A stretch of DNA of 64,000 bases from Alphaproteobacteria bacterium (GTDB taxonomy: Bacteria > Pseudomonadota > Alphaproteobacteria > RF32 > CAG-239): contig JAZUCK010000016.1 of assembly GCA_045639065.1 (NCBI GenBank), positions 7,705-71,704 of the forward strand, given 5' to 3'. Below are positions 40,162 to 55,982 of this stretch, piece by piece. The notes under the pieces were generated by a model. That model was not told the DNA's origin. It did not search any database and saw only the letters and a program-made list of their open reading frames with translations. Position numbers and translations under genes: made by a program. The first letter of the stretch is position 1. Each line of letters starts with the position of its first letter.

Positions 40162-40233
40162 ATCGTCTTGTTAAAAGTTTTTTTTGTGATATATTACTTA
40201 GCATATACGTAAGTTTTATGTGGAGTATGTATT

Positions 40234-41121
40234 ATGAGAAAACCGGAAGTTTGTATTTTGCCTGTTGCAGGTCTTTCGACAAGAAACCTGCCGGCAACAA
40301 AAGCTTTGCACAAAGGCTTTTTAACATTGCACAGCAAGCCGATTATTCAATATGCGGTTGATGCTTGTGCCGAAATCGGAATTAAAGAGATTGTCTTTAT
40401 TTATAGTGATCAATCTTGTAAGCATTTGTTTGAAAAACATTATTCACCTTATCCTTGGCTTGAAAATCACTTGAAGGAAAAAAACAAGTTGGAAATATTG
40501 CAAGACTTGTTAAAAGTTATTCCCGAAGGTATGAAATTTTCTTTTGCCGAACAGGCTCAGCCTTTGGGTAATGGTCATGCAATTTTGATGGCAAAAGAAA
40601 TTGTCGGTGATCGTGACTTTGTGGTTATGTGGCCTGATGATGTATATATCAATTTGCATGGTAAAGGTGTTTTATCACAATTGTTAGATGTTTATGAAGA
40701 ACATGGAGGTATGGTCGAAAACATTATGGAATTGCCTCGCGAACAACTTGTTCGTTATGGTGTTCTTTCAGGTGCTGTCAGAGAAGGTCGTGTCGTTCAT
40801 GCTAAAGGAAAAATTGAAAAGCCTGCATTAGAAGACGTTCCTTCTAACTATGCCAGCATGGGACCATATATTTTGCCAAACGAGATTATGAATATTTTGC
40901 CTGAGGTTAAGAAAGGTACTAATGGTGAAATTAACTTGGCTGATGCTATGGGATTGGCAGCCGAGCGCGGTATGAAATTGACCGGTGTGTTGTGTGATGC
41001 AATGCGCTTTGACTGCGGAACAAACAAAGATTTGGAAAAATCAAATTTGAAACTTTGTTTGATGGAAGATCCAAACCTGAGAGCTTATTGTAAGGAGTTG
41101 TTGGATAACATCTTGGTATAA
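40234..41121 (+). CDS. galU: UTP--glucose-1-phosphate uridylyltransferase
   Basis: The N-terminus ILPVAGLSTRNLPATKALHK matches GalU VIPAAGLGTRFLPATK. Confidence 0.85.
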   Translation: MRKPEVCILPVAGLSTRNLPATKALHKGFLTLHSKPIIQYAVDACAEIGIKEIVFIYSDQSCKHLFEKHYSPYPWLENHLKEKNKLEILQDLLKVIPEGMKFSFAEQAQPLGNGHAILMAKEIVGDRDFVVMWPDDVYINLHGKGVLSQLLDVYEEHGGMVENIMELPREQLVRYGVLSGAVREGRVVHAKGKIEKPALEDVPSNYASMGPYILPNEIMNILPEVKKGTNGEINLADAMGLAAERGMKLTGVLCDAMRFDCGTNKDLEKSNLKLCLMEDPNLRAYCKELLDNILV

Positions 41122-41124
41122 AAA

Positions 41125-41152
41125 AGGAAAGGCACCGCAAGGTGCCTTTTCG
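41125..41152. terminator. terminator hairpin (aaaggcacc gcaa ggtgccttt)
   Basis: A perfect stem directly after the galU stop. Confidence 0.7.
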
Positions 41153-41347
41153 GATAAAACCAGGATGACATTATTGGTGTTTTTTTAACTATAAACTACC
41201 ATGCTTTGAGCGAGGAAGAACTTTTTTATTCACTCAGAGTATGACTTATTATGTTGGCACTCACTCAGGCAATGAAATATAACAGAGTTTATGACAAGGT
41301 TTATTTTAGCTGAATTGATAATTTTTAGTGTTTTAGTACAAACAACA

Positions 41348-41380
41348 AAAAAACCTCAGTTAAAAAACTGAGGTTTTTTG
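41348..41380 (-). terminator. terminator for rplQ (aaacctcagt taaaaaa ctgaggttt + T-run)
   Basis: The hairpin lies about 20 bp downstream of the rplQ stop on the minus strand. Confidence 0.65.
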
Positions 41381-41398
41381 ATTATTCAAAAATACTGA

Positions 41399-41908
41399 TT
41401 AAGCTTCGGCTTTAGCAGATTTTTTGCTTTTCTTTTCAGCTTTAGGAGCTTCTTCTTTAGCTACTTCAGCAGAAGCAGCTTTTTCGGCAGCTTCGATAGC
41501 AGCTTTTTCAGCAGCTACACGAGCCAAGTCTTTAGCACCTTTAGCATTTACATCGCGGTCAACCAATTCGATGATTGCCATTTCGGCACAGTCACCATAA
41601 CGGTAACCGGCACGCAAAACGCGAGTATAACCGCCGTTACGATTTTTGTAACGTTCAGCCAAAGTAGAAAACAACTTAGATACAACTTCGTTGTCACGCA
41701 AGAAAGCCAATGCCTGACGACGATTGCTTAATTGACCTTTTTTACCCAAGGTAATCATGTTGTCAACGAATGTACGCAATTCTTTAGCACGTGGCAAAGT
41801 AACTTTGATTTGTTCGTGTGTTAAAACAGCATTTGTTAAGTTAGAAAACAAAGCTCTACGGGCATTAGTGTCCATATTGAGTTTTCTGTGTTTCATTCCA
41901 TGTCTCAT
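41399..41908 (-). CDS. rplQ: 50S ribosomal protein L17 with Ala/Lys/Glu-rich C-terminal extension
   Basis: It starts [24 protein letters not shown] and continues into the L17 core. No rpoA lies upstream. Confidence 0.85.
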   Translation of the reverse strand: MRHGMKHRKLNMDTNARRALFSNLTNAVLTHEQIKVTLPRAKELRTFVDNMITLGKKGQLSNRRQALAFLRDNEVVSKLFSTLAERYKNRNGGYTRVLRAGYRYGDCAEMAIIELVDRDVNAKGAKDLARVAAEKAAIEAAEKAASAEVAKEEAPKAEKKSKKSAKAEA

Positions 41909-42087
41909 AGCATTTCCTTTCAATATTTTCTTGTGACTTGCATTACAAGTCCGATAAACACAACGCAGATACTACAAAATCCATATATATCCGCACACTT
42001 AAACGACTCCTTTATAAAAAGAGAATCATAAAGTTGAGCGCAATATATATGAGGTTTATAATAAAAGCAAGTCTTTTTTTAAACTCG

Positions 42088-42136
42088 TATAATGGGTTAC
42101 TAATACAGATTTAGCGGGTAAGAAAAATGCTCATTT
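42088..42136 (+). promoter_or_regulatory. 49-bp direct repeat copy 1 containing TATAAT (candidate duplicated promoter P1 in rplQ/rpoB divergent region)
   Basis: The sequence tataatgggttactaatacagatttagcgggtaagaaaaatgctcattt is repeated with 4 mismatches at 42206-42254. Confidence 0.4.
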
Positions 42137-42205
42137 ACTTTTTTTGTAAACTCCGCTTTTTCTTCCCTAAAATCTTATTATTAACCTCATTCTCCAAGTT
42201 TAAGG

Positions 42206-42254
42206 TATAATGAGTTACTAATACAGATTTCGCGGATAAGAAAAATGCTTATTT
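42206..42254 (+). promoter_or_regulatory. 49-bp direct repeat copy 2 containing TATAAT (candidate promoter P2), followed by ~320-nt structured leader to rpoB
   Basis: See copy 1. Downstream the leader has several strong hairpins (ttgcgaatcgcaa; ctgccaaggggatcccaatcttatggtttggcag; ttctgcggtcggg...gtcgcagaa). Confidence 0.4.
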
Positions 42255-42575
42255 TTGATGAGAGCCTTGGTTTGACTCAAGTTGAGTCTGAGTCTGGATT
42301 TGCGCCAGATTTAAAAAATGATTTTTTTTGAAAATTTTGCTTGCAAGAATAGAAAAACGGAGTCATTATCTGCCCGAATTTAAGTGTTGCGAATCGCAAC
42401 CAATTGCATGCAATTATTTTGAAGCTTTATCTGCCAAGGGGATCCCAATCTTATGGTTTGGCAGAGTTTTTATGTATTTTAATAATAACAAATTTGTGTA
42501 AACCTTCTGCGGTCGGGTTTTGGCACGTGCCAATGGTATTGTCGCAGAATTTAACTTAATAAAGGATTAGAACAA

Positions 42576-45500
42576 ATGAAAGAATCTTATACGAGCAAAA
42601 GACGTGTAAGAAGAAACTTTGGCCGAATCGACGCTGTTGCCGATATGCCGAGTTTAATCGAAGTTCAAACCGGTTCTTATAACAACTTTATTCAAGCAAA
42701 TGGTGCTGAAAAATGTGAATTCGGTTTGGAAGAAGTTTTCAAATCTATTTTCCCTATCAGAGATTTTTCCGGAAACGGCGAATTGGAGTTTGTTAAATAT
42801 GAGCTCGAAACTCCTAAATATGACGTTGATGAATGTATCAAACGTGATATGACTTTTGCTGCTCCGGTTAAAGCAACTTTGCGTCTTGTTGTTTGGGATA
42901 CTGACGAAGCTACCGGTGCTAAGTCTATCCACGACATTAAAGAACAAGATGTTTATATGGGTGATATTCCGCTTATGACCGAAAAAGGTACTTTTATCTT
43001 TAACGGTACAGAGCGTGTAGTTGTTTCACAAATGCACCGTTCTCCCGGTGTGTTCTTTGATCATGATAAAGGTAAGACTGTTTCTTCAGGTAAATATTTG
43101 TTTGCCGCCAGAATCATTCCTTATCGCGGTTCTTGGCTCGATTTTGAATTTGATGCCAAAGATTTGGTTTATGCCAGAATCGATCGCCGTCGTAAATTGC
43201 CGGTTACTTCGGTTTTGTATTCTTTGTATTCTAAAGAAACAATGGAAAAAATTGCTCAACTCGAAAAAGAAGGTAAGCATATCGATCCGGCTGAAGTTAA
43301 AGGTATGGATAAAGAAGAAATTTTGCATTATTTCTATGATGTTGATACTTATGAATTGGCTAAAAAAGAATGGAAGGTTAAATTTGAACCTCAACGCATG
43401 AAAGGTATCAAATTTGACTTTGATTTGGTTAATGCCGAAACAGGTAAAGTTGTTTTGGAAGCCGGCAAAAAATTGACTTCTCGTAATGCTCAAAAGTTGG
43501 CTGATGATGGTTTGGCTTATTATAAGTTGGCAAAAGACAAAGTTTTGGGTAAATTCTTGGCTAACAATATCGTTGTTTCTAAGACAGGCGAGGTTTTGGC
43601 CGAGGCCGGTGATGAAATCACTGAAGAATTGCTTGAAAAATTTAGTGCTAACAAAATCAATGAAATCAAAATTTTGTTCATTGATGGTATAAATGTCGGT
43701 CCATATATCCGTAATACTTTGGCAGTTGATAAGAACTCTTGCCGCGAAGAAGCTCTTTTGGATATTTATCGTGTTATGCGTCCCGGTGATCCTCCGACGT
43801 ATGATGCAGCTGATTCTTTGTTCAAGGCTTTGTTCTTTGATAAAGACAGATACGATTTGTCATCTGTGGGTCGTGTTAAAATAAATACAGCTTTGGATAT
43901 TTCTTTTGACGAAGCTCCGGATACTTATGGCATTTTGCGTAAAGACGACATTCTACGTATTGTAAAACGCATGGTTGAATTGCGTGACGGTAAAGGCGAA
44001 GTTGATGATATTGACCACTTGGGTAACCGTCGTGTTCGCTCTGTGGGTGAATTAATGGAAAATCAATATCGCATGGGCTTGCTCAGAATGGAAAGAGCAA
44101 TTAGAGAGAGAATGTCTTCTGAAAACCTTAATAATGTTAAACCGCAAGATTTGGTTAATGCTAAACCTATTGCTTCGGTTATCAGAGAGTTCTTCGGTTC
44201 TTCTCAATTGTCACAATTTATGGACCAAAACAACCCGTTGTCAGAAATTACTCACAAACGTCGTTTGTCTGCATTGGGTCCCGGCGGTTTGAGCCGTGAT
44301 CGTGCAGGCTTTGAAGTTCGTGACGTGCATCCGACACATTATGGTCGTATTTGTCCTATTGAAACTCCTGAAGGTCCGAACATCGGTTTGATTAACTCTT
44401 TGTCAACATATGCTCGTATTAACAAATATGGCTTTATTGAATGTCCGTATCGTAAAGTTGTTGATGGCGTTGTTACTTCTGAGGTTGTTTATTTGTCAGC
44501 CAACGAAGAGGGTAAATTTATTATCGCCGAAGCTAATGCCAAAGTTAAAGACGATGGTCATTTTGTAAATGAATTGGTAGCTTGTCGTAAGGCTGGTGAA
44601 TTTGAATTTGCAAGACCTGAAGAAATCAACTTTATCGACGTTTCTCCAAAACAGTTAGTGTCTGTTGCTACAGCTCTTATTCCGTTCTTGGAAAACGACG
44701 ACGCCAACCGTGCATTGATGGGTTCAAACATGCAACGTCAAGGTGTGCCTTTGCTTCGTTCGGAAGCTCCGCTCGTTGGTACAGGTGTTGAAGCTGTTGT
44801 AGCTAAAGACTCAGGTGCTACCGTAGTATGTAAGGCTGATGGTATTGTTGACGCTGTTGACGCAAACCGTATCGTTGTTCGTTCTAAAGATGAACACGCA
44901 GCTAATGCCGGTGTTGAAATTTATCGTTTGGCTAAATTCCGCCGTTCTAACCAAAATACCTGCATTAACCAAATTCCTTTGGTAAAAGTCGGTGATGAAG
45001 TTAAAGAAGGCGATATCTTGGCTGACGGTCAATGTACAGATATGGGTGAATTAGCATTAGGTAAAAACGTTTTGGTAGCATTTATGCCATGGAACGGTTT
45101 GAACTACGAAGATGCTATTTTGCTTTCTGAAAGAATTTCTCGTGATGACGTATTTACTTCACTTCATATTGAAGAATTTGAAGTTATGGCTCGTGATACA
45201 AAACTCGGTCAAGAAGAAATCACTCGTGATATTCCAAACGTCGGTGAAGATGCTTTGCGTAACTTGGATGAAGCCGGTATTGTTTATATTGGTGCCGAAG
45301 TTAAAGCCGGTGATATTTTGGTCGGTAAAGTTACTCCGAAGGGTGAATCTTTGGTAACTCCGGAAGAAAAATTGCTCCGCGCTATCTTTGGTGAAAAAGC
45401 TTCTGATGTTCGTGATACATCTTTGCGTGTTCAACCTGGTATTGAAGGTATCGTTGTTGACGTTCACGTATTCTCAAGACGCGGCGTTGAAAAAGACGAA

Positions 45501-46751
45501 CGTGCTTTGTCTATTGAACAACAAGAAATTTCTCAACTTGCAAAAGACCGTGATGACGAAATTGCTATTATTCGTCGCAACGTCGAAGCACGTATGAAGA
45601 CAATGCTTGTAGGTCAAACAGTTGTTGATGCTCCAAAAGGTACTTTGGCTAAAAATTCAAAAATTGAAGCTAAAGATTTGGATGGTATTCCGTCATCTCA
45701 ATGGCGCAAAATCGTTGTTAAAGATGAAGCTGTTATGGCTAATATGGAAGAATTGTTGGCTGCTTTTGATCAAAGAGTTGAAAAAGTTCAACAACACTTC
45801 GATAACAAGGTTGAAAAAGTACAACGTGGTGATGACTTGTTACCAGGCGTTTTGAAAATGGTTAAAGTATTTATTGCTACAAAACGTAAGATTCAATCAG
45901 GCGATAAGATTGCCGGACGTCACGGTAACAAAGGTACTATTTCTCGTGTATTGCCATTACAAGATATGCCGTACATGGAAGATGGTACACCGGTTGATAT
46001 CGTGTTGAACCCGTTGGGTGTGCCTTCACGTATGAACGTGGGACAAATTTTGGAAACTCACTTGGGTTGGGCTGCTAAAAAACTTGGCCAACAAGTTAAT
46101 GAATTGTGGGAACAAGTTAAGGCCGGCAATAAGAAAGAAGCTGATTTGAGAGCTAAGTTGAAAGAAGTTTATGGCGAAAAGCAATATAAGCAACAAATCG
46201 AACATATGACTTCTGAAGATTTAGACTTGATGATTCCTAACCTTAAAAACGGTATTCCGATGGCTACTCCGGTATTCGACGGTGCAACTGGTGATGATAT
46301 TAACCAAATGTTGTCTATGGCCGAATTACCGACATCAGGACAAATTGATTTGTACGATGGTCGTACAGGTGAAAAATTTGACCGTAAAGTTACCGTTGGT
46401 ATTATCTATATGATTAAACTTCACCACATCGTTGATGAAAAAATGCACGCTCGTTCTGTCGGACCTTACTCTTTGGTTACTCAACAACCTTTGGGTGGTA
46501 AAGCTCAGTTCGGTGGTCAACGTTTCGGTGAAATGGAAGTTTGGGCTTTGCAAGCTTATGGTGCTGCTTATACCTTGCAAGAAATGTTAACAGTCAAATC
46601 AGATGACGTTAACGGTCGTACTAAGGTTTATGAGGCTATTGTAAGAGGCGAAGATACATTCGAATCAGGCATTCCTGAGTCATTTAACGTATTGACTAAG
46701 GAAATTAAGTCTTTGTGTTTGAATGTCGAACTTTTGAACGAAGAAATTTAA
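42576..46751 (+). CDS. rpoB: DNA-directed RNA polymerase subunit beta
   Basis: 1391 aa with conserved RpoB blocks (…[11 protein letters not shown]…, …NMQRQ…, …GDK…GRHGNKG…). Confidence 0.95.
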   Translation: MKESYTSKRRVRRNFGRIDAVADMPSLIEVQTGSYNNFIQANGAEKCEFGLEEVFKSIFPIRDFSGNGELEFVKYELETPKYDVDECIKRDMTFAAPVKATLRLVVWDTDEATGAKSIHDIKEQDVYMGDIPLMTEKGTFIFNGTERVVVSQMHRSPGVFFDHDKGKTVSSGKYLFAARIIPYRGSWLDFEFDAKDLVYARIDRRRKLPVTSVLYSLYSKETMEKIAQLEKEGKHIDPAEVKGMDKEEILHYFYDVDTYELAKKEWKVKFEPQRMKGIKFDFDLVNAETGKVVLEAGKKLTSRNAQKLADDGLAYYKLAKDKVLGKFLANNIVVSKTGEVLAEAGDEITEELLEKFSANKINEIKILFIDGINVGPYIRNTLAVDKNSCREEALLDIYRVMRPGDPPTYDAADSLFKALFFDKDRYDLSSVGRVKINTALDISFDEAPDTYGILRKDDILRIVKRMVELRDGKGEVDDIDHLGNRRVRSVGELMENQYRMGLLRMERAIRERMSSENLNNVKPQDLVNAKPIASVIREFFGSSQLSQFMDQNNPLSEITHKRRLSALGPGGLSRDRAGFEVRDVHPTHYGRICPIETPEGPNIGLINSLSTYARINKYGFIECPYRKVVDGVVTSEVVYLSANEEGKFIIAEANAKVKDDGHFVNELVACRKAGEFEFARPEEINFIDVSPKQLVSVATALIPFLENDDANRALMGSNMQRQGVPLLRSEAPLVGTGVEAVVAKDSGATVVCKADGIVDAVDANRIVVRSKDEHAANAGVEIYRLAKFRRSNQNTCINQIPLVKVGDEVKEGDILADGQCTDMGELALGKNVLVAFMPWNGLNYEDAILLSERISRDDVFTSLHIEEFEVMARDTKLGQEEITRDIPNVGEDALRNLDEAGIVYIGAEVKAGDILVGKVTPKGESLVTPEEKLLRAIFGEKASDVRDTSLRVQPGIEGIVVDVHVFSRRGVEKDERALSIEQQEISQLAKDRDDEIAIIRRNVEARMKTMLVGQTVVDAPKGTLAKNSKIEAKDLDGIPSSQWRKIVVKDEAVMANMEELLAAFDQRVEKVQQHFDNKVEKVQRGDDLLPGVLKMVKVFIATKRKIQSGDKIAGRHGNKGTISRVLPLQDMPYMEDGTPVDIVLNPLGVPSRMNVGQILETHLGWAAKKLGQQVNELWEQVKAGNKKEADLRAKLKEVYGEKQYKQQIEHMTSEDLDLMIPNLKNGIPMATPVFDGATGDDINQMLSMAELPTSGQIDLYDGRTGEKFDRKVTVGIIYMIKLHHIVDEKMHARSVGPYSLVTQQPLGGKAQFGGQRFGEMEVWALQAYGAAYTLQEMLTVKSDDVNGRTKVYEAIVRGEDTFESGIPESFNVLTKEIKSLCLNVELLNEEI

Positions 46752-46765
46752 GGTAAAGGAGTTAG

Positions 46766-50917
<4,152 letters not shown>

Positions 50918-51001
50918 CTAGAGCAATTTTACGGGGTAGCCAAAAATTCATGTACTATTTGTGTACACTAAAATTTTTGGCTCCCCTAGAAATCACTCTA
51001 T
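50918..51001. repeat. Palindromic MITE-like repeat element, copy B, inserted immediately after rpoC stop codon
   Basis: About 80% identical to 1492-1574. It is flanked by a 21-bp direct duplication (ttcatctaatgaataactaga at 50902-50922 and 51027-51047) that includes the rpoC stop codon. Confidence 0.6.
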
Positions 51002-51139
51002 TTAAAACATTATCTGAATTTTCTCATTCATCTAATGAATAACTAGATGGCAAATTGATTGCTTAAAAAGTTTAAATTGGGCAATTTGCAAGAAAAGGTG
51101 TCATATTTCATAATAAGGCACCTTTTTTGAATGCATAAA

Positions 51140-51176
51140 AAAACAACCTGCTTTTTTATAAAGCAGGTTGTTTAAA
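51140..51176. terminator. bidirectional terminator (aacaacctgctt ttttataa agcaggttgtt)
   Basis: A 12-bp perfect stem lies between convergent rpoC and the HAD hydrolase gene. Confidence 0.75.
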
Positions 51177-51185
51177 TAGTGTTTT

Positions 51186-52037
51186 TTATTGGTTATCCAA
51201 AACATGGTCAGCTTTAATCTTTAGAAGCAATGATTTAACATATTTGTCAATCTTACTTCCTTCAGAATAATCGCCTTCAGCAATCACATTTACACGTTTG
51301 TCATCTAACAGTTTTTCAGCTGTTTTTTTGTTTTTGCCAGGGGTGTAAACACCAATGCAGTGTCCTTGATGTTCTTGCAAAATACTCATACATGGGACGT
51401 CTGTTAATCCGTCGCCCAAGTAGAGCATATGCTTAAACGGAATTCTGATTTTTTCGGTCCGGTTGTTTACAGATTTATCAGTTTCGTCCAGACATCCTTT
51501 GGATATCCGGTAAAGATACTGAGTTTTGTCTGTATAGTTTACAATACGGGCAGGCCAAAAGGCTACACCATTGTCATCGTACATGTATCTGTTTGCATAG
51601 ACACGTGTAAACTTATGACAAATAGACATACCTTCGACCATTTCTGACAAACCGGAAGAGATGAGATAATGCTCAACTCGAATTCCCAGTTTTTTGCCGA
51701 ATTCATTGATTCTGTCAAACCAATTTTCAACTCCGTTAAAATACTTTACATCTCTACCATATGACATAAAGTCTTTCTTGGTTGTTCCTAGCCTTTTCGC
51801 ATATTGCAGAGTTAGGCACATATATGCCAAATTATTATCTGCATTTTGCTCTAGAGCCAGGTCGTCTGACAATGTCCAAAAGTCTTGGACTGTAAGCCCC
51901 ATTTTCTCAATGAAACCATGCTCATGCATGTTTCCAGGAGCTAGTGTTCCGTCAAAGTCATAAAGTAAAGCCACTACTATTTCTTTTGCTTTACCTTGTT
52001 CTTGCACATTTTGTGCTGTTAATCTTTTTGTGCTCAT
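51186..52037 (-). CDS. HAD-superfamily hydrolase (paralog of 15551-16492)
   Basis: It has DFDGTL and GDGLTD motifs and is about 50% identical to the other copy over the core. The start was chosen at MSTKRL. Confidence 0.6.
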   Translation of the reverse strand: MSTKRLTAQNVQEQGKAKEIVVALLYDFDGTLAPGNMHEHGFIEKMGLTVQDFWTLSDDLALEQNADNNLAYMCLTLQYAKRLGTTKKDFMSYGRDVKYFNGVENWFDRINEFGKKLGIRVEHYLISSGLSEMVEGMSICHKFTRVYANRYMYDDNGVAFWPARIVNYTDKTQYLYRISKGCLDETDKSVNNRTEKIRIPFKHMLYLGDGLTDVPCMSILQEHQGHCIGVYTPGKNKKTAEKLLDDKRVNVIAEGDYSEGSKIDKYVKSLLLKIKADHVLDNQ

Positions 52038-52210
52038 AAAATAATATTGTATTTTTTTTAGTGCCAAAAAAAGCAATATGGTAAAACAAATATTTAAAAA
52101 ACATCATAATACAACATAATACTTAATTTAGCTGTCCATGACGATACTACAATATTTTGCGTTTGGCAAGATATTTTTAGATAAATTTTGTCTAAACAGA
52201 TAAGGGGTGT

Positions 52211-52951
52211 TTAGTAAACGACTTTACTTAAATAAAGTCCGCAAGCCGGAGCAGTAGCACCTGCTTTGGAGCGATCTTTGGCTTCTAAAATGGTTTTGAT
52301 GTCTTCTGGTTTTAGCTTTCCGTCGCCAACCATTTTTAAGGTTCCGACCATGTTTCTTACTTGGTGATGCAAAAAAGATTTAGCTTCGACGGTAAAGATT
52401 ATTTCGTCGCCGATTTTTTCAATATCTAATTTATCCAAAGTTTTTATCGGTGATTTAGCTTGGCAGGCGGCGGCGCGGAAAGAGGTAAAATCGTGATTAC
52501 CCAACAAATGTTTGGCGCCTTGTTTCATAGCTTCAACATCAAGTTCTACCGGTACCCACCAAACACGATTTGTCTGAAGAACGGATGGGGAGCGGCGATT
52601 TAGAATTTTGTATATATAACCGCGTCCTTTAGCGGAGAAACGAGCATGAAAATCATCTGAAACTACCTCGACATCTAAAACTGAAACAGGGGCTTCAAGT
52701 TGACGCAAATTAGCATTAAAAGCTTCGCGAATTTTCCATGTTTCCATATTTGTATCAAAATCAATATGTGCGACTTGGGCAATAGCGTGAACACCAGCGT
52801 CAGTTCGTCCGGCAGCGGCTACTTCGGAATGAGTTCCGGATAAAATTTCCAATACTTTTTCTAAATATTCTTGAATTGAGGGACCGTCAAGTTGACGTTG
52901 CCAACCCAAAGTATTTGTTCCGTCATATTCTAAAGTCAGTTTGTAACGCAT
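52211..52951 (-). CDS. truA: tRNA pseudouridine(38-40) synthase
   Basis: It starts MRYKLTLEYDGTNTLGWQRQ, carries the catalytic Asp in the RTDAGVHA motif, and is 246 aa. Confidence 0.85.
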   Translation of the reverse strand: MRYKLTLEYDGTNTLGWQRQLDGPSIQEYLEKVLEILSGTHSEVAAAGRTDAGVHAIAQVAHIDFDTNMETWKIREAFNANLRQLEAPVSVLDVEVVSDDFHARFSAKGRGYIYKILNRRSPSVLQTNRVWWVPVELDVEAMKQGAKHLLGNHDFTSFRAAACQAKSPIKTLDKLDIEKIGDEIIFTVEAKSFLHHQVRNMVGTLKMVGDGKLKPEDIKTILEAKDRSKAGATAPACGLYLSKVVY

Positions 52952-52971
52952 TGTGCAATCCTGATAAAATT

Positions 52972-53002
52972 AAAGAGGCATAAAATACTTATGCCTCTTT
53001 AT
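52972..53002 (-). terminator. terminator hairpin (aaagaggcat aaaatactt atgcctcttt) after the oxidoreductase gene
   Basis: A 10-bp perfect stem lies between the stop of the Gfo/Idh/MocA gene and the truA start. Confidence 0.6.
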
Positions 53003-53022
53003 TAGTTTTTTTGCAAGAATTT

Positions 53023-54027
53023 TTATTCAGCAGCAATGCTTATAACATTATTGAAGTTTAAGCAATTTTGAACAGCCCAAATTACTTTCAATGCATCTAA
53101 AGCTTGTTTGCCGGTAATTCTTGGTGTTTCTTTACCTAAAATGCAGTTTGCAAAATGGTTTAATTCGGAATTTAAGGGTTGTGCTTGCATGATGAACAAG
53201 TTTTCAATACTGCCTTTTAAGCCATAACGCATATTTTCAGGCAAATCGTTTTGGTTTACACCATGCATACGACCTTGAGAGTGAACAGCAATACTTTGGT
53301 TGATGAAGTCCATATCATAGTAGTTGTTTGATGTAGTAACGTTTAATGTGCGAACACGTGATTGAGTAATACGTGAAGCAGTAAAGCTTGCTGATACACC
53401 ATTTTCAAATTCTACCAAAGCGTTGATGTAATCTTTGCCGGAAGGGAATTTTTCATTTTTGACTGATGAAGCATATACGTTTTTAACCGGTGATTTTACC
53501 AATGATAAAACAACTTCGGCATCGTGAATCATCAAATCCATTGCAACGTCAACATCGGTAATGCGACCGGAAGCTGCAGACATGCGGCGAGCTTCGAGAG
53601 AGCAAATTTCGCTGTTGTTTAAGATTTTGTGCATTTGTTCTACAGCCGGATTGAACTGTTCAATGTGACCAACGAGCAATGTAACATTGTTATTTTTGGC
53701 GGCATTGATTAAACGCATACATTCTTCTTGAGATGTTGCAAGAGGTTTTTCAATAAGGCAGTGAATGCCTTTGTTTAAGAAAAATTCACCAACGGCGGCA
53801 TGAGTAACAGATGTGGTTACTACGCTAACAGCATCAACAGCTTCGGCAACTTCTTCTAATGAAGAAAATGCTTTAATACCGAAAGCTTCGGCAGCTGATT
53901 TGGCTGCTTCAGGGAAAATATCATATACACCTACCAATTCAAAATTTGATAAGTTTTTATATGTTCTTAAATGGTTTTTACCCATCATACCTGCGCCGAT
54001 TACGGCAACTTTAATTGGATTATTCAT
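53023..54027 (-). CDS. Gfo/Idh/MocA-family NAD(P)-dependent oxidoreductase
   Basis: An N-terminal Rossmann VAVIGAGMMGKNH is followed by the EKP motif (LIEKPLA) and a C-terminal alpha/beta domain. Confidence 0.75.
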   Translation of the reverse strand: MNNPIKVAVIGAGMMGKNHLRTYKNLSNFELVGVYDIFPEAAKSAAEAFGIKAFSSLEEVAEAVDAVSVVTTSVTHAAVGEFFLNKGIHCLIEKPLATSQEECMRLINAAKNNNVTLLVGHIEQFNPAVEQMHKILNNSEICSLEARRMSAASGRITDVDVAMDLMIHDAEVVLSLVKSPVKNVYASSVKNEKFPSGKDYINALVEFENGVSASFTASRITQSRVRTLNVTTSNNYYDMDFINQSIAVHSQGRMHGVNQNDLPENMRYGLKGSIENLFIMQAQPLNSELNHFANCILGKETPRITGKQALDALKVIWAVQNCLNFNNVISIAAE

Positions 54028-54148
54028 TTACTTGAGTCCTTTTATTTTGTTTGTAGAAAATTTATTTTGGTTTACATATAACAATTATTTTGATAAAAAG
54101 CATTTAAATTCTTGTTTCAAATTGTTACAAAACTTGAGGAACTTTATT

Positions 54149-55912
54149 ATGATTAAACGTGTTGCATTATATTTGGCGCTGATTGGCGGAATCTCTATGG
54201 TTGCGGCTTGTTCGGGAAATAAAAAATCTTTGGGTGAGGCATTAAACACCAATGATTTGGTTGCTTCTTATGAGGTAGAATCGCTGCCGAAAACCGTAAA
54301 TGTGTATAATGCAATGGCCCGTGCAGCTAAATATAACTCTGACGTTTCGGCTCAAAATACTTTGAAAAAAATGTATAACGGTGATGAGAATCCGAAAAAA
54401 ATTGCCGAAGGTATAATTTCGGCATCTCAATCAAAAGAAAAATTAGAGCGTGCTGTTAAAGCTATGGATTTTGCCGATTTGTATGCAATGAGCGTTTTAA
54501 CCAATAATCAAAAATATATTGAAGATACATTGTATGCAAAGTCAGCTCAAAATTTGAGTATAGAAGCAATAAAGTTACATAGAGAAGAAATATTTGCCGC
54601 TAATAAAATTAAAGAAATTGATCGAATTATCAATCGATATGGTAAAATCTTAAAAGATTTGAATACAAGAATGGAAAAAGATGCTTCTTTGACGGTTGAT
54701 GAAATTAACTATCGTAAAAATTTGGAAGTTGCCTTAAACAGATTGGCCGAAATAAAGAATCAATTGGTTTTTGTACGTAAAGAATATGTTTCTTTGATTA
54801 AGGCAAAGGAAAAAGAATTGCGCTTGGAAGGAAAGCGTTTTTATGAATTAGAAGATTTTGATAAACGTTATACTCCTGATATATTCCAAGATTCTGCAAT
54901 TTCAAATCGTAGAGAGTTTTCTTTAGCAAAAGAAGAGTTAGGCTCGTTTAATGCATCAAAGGCAAGACGTCAGGCATTTGTCGACTATCCGTTGATTGCC
55001 CGACTTGACGTAAATGGTTTGAAAATTGAAGACAATCGCTATGAAAACGAGCTGTTTAACAAGGCTCAGCGTGTAACACTTAACTTGTTGCAAGCTGTGG
55101 AGAATTTTCAAAATAAACCCTCAAATGAGCAGTTGAAGCAAAAAGTTTTTGATGAATTAGCCGCTTTGGTTATTACTCAAGTTGAAGTTATGTACCGTTT
55201 GGTAGAAAAAGCTACTTTTGATTATGAGGCTAATCAATACAAAATAGCCGAAGCTAAAAAAGATGTTAAGGCTATGCAAAAGAAATGTGCTTCAAACTAT
55301 TATGAAAAAATCGATTTGTTGAATAAAGAAATAGAATTGATTTCTTTGGAGCAAGAGGAAGCTAATTTGTTGGCTCAAAGAGGTGCTTATTTGCGTAATC
55401 TATACTATATGGCAGGTTTAACACCGTTTGATAAAAATGTTTTGAGAGCCAAAATCAGTGATATTGAAACAGTATTGAAGCAGGCCTTTAATAAGGATTT
55501 GATTACCATGCTTTCATCGGTAAAAGATAATCCGAAATGGGATGATGGCGGCAATGCTTGGGCTCATAAAGATAATTGGTTGGAAGAGTTATTAAAAGAC
55601 GAGACCAAAAACAAGAAGACCAGCAAAGCAAAAACTGTTTCGACAGCATCAAAATCCGTTAAAACCGTTACAAAAGCCTCACATCATACAGTTATGCAGT
55701 TTGGTGCTTTTAGTGATGTAGATAATGCAACTGCAGAACAAATGCTTATTCAAAAGGCTGTACCGTCTTTGAATGGTTATGATATGTATATTGAACAAGC
55801 GAATGTTAATGGTAAATTGTATCATCGTTTAATGTTAAAGGCCGAAGCTGAAAAATTGCAAAAATTATGTAATGATGTTATTGATGCCGGATTTAATTGT
55901 ATTTTGAAGTAA
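54149..55912 (+). CDS. SPOR-domain lipoprotein with long coiled-coil region
   Basis: The lipobox is LIGGISMVAAC. About 450 aa are coiled-coil. The C-terminal SPOR domain carries VMQFGAFSDVDNATAEQM…YHRLMLKAEAEKLQKLC. The upstream part of the track ORF (53813-54148) is antisense to the oxidoreductase and was rejected. Confidence 0.6.
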   Translation: MIKRVALYLALIGGISMVAACSGNKKSLGEALNTNDLVASYEVESLPKTVNVYNAMARAAKYNSDVSAQNTLKKMYNGDENPKKIAEGIISASQSKEKLERAVKAMDFADLYAMSVLTNNQKYIEDTLYAKSAQNLSIEAIKLHREEIFAANKIKEIDRIINRYGKILKDLNTRMEKDASLTVDEINYRKNLEVALNRLAEIKNQLVFVRKEYVSLIKAKEKELRLEGKRFYELEDFDKRYTPDIFQDSAISNRREFSLAKEELGSFNASKARRQAFVDYPLIARLDVNGLKIEDNRYENELFNKAQRVTLNLLQAVENFQNKPSNEQLKQKVFDELAALVITQVEVMYRLVEKATFDYEANQYKIAEAKKDVKAMQKKCASNYYEKIDLLNKEIELISLEQEEANLLAQRGAYLRNLYYMAGLTPFDKNVLRAKISDIETVLKQAFNKDLITMLSSVKDNPKWDDGGNAWAHKDNWLEELLKDETKNKKTSKAKTVSTASKSVKTVTKASHHTVMQFGAFSDVDNATAEQMLIQKAVPSLNGYDMYIEQANVNGKLYHRLMLKAEAEKLQKLCNDVIDAGFNCILK

Positions 55913-55982
55913 AAAAAGTTTGTAAAAATACAAATTTTGAGTTATTGTATTAGATAGAGTAACCTGTCGGGAATAAAAGTCT

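Noticed and set aside
42081-42092. 12-nt match aaactcgtataa shared between the rpoB upstream repeat and the ettA-proximal element flank (1471-1482)
   Set aside because: It is too short in AT-rich DNA to claim relatedness. The rest of the two sequences do not align.
53813-54148. Upstream extension of the SPOR lipoprotein ORF
   Set aside because: It is antisense to the 5' end of the Gfo/Idh/MocA gene. A lipoprotein signal peptide begins at the ATG at 54149.
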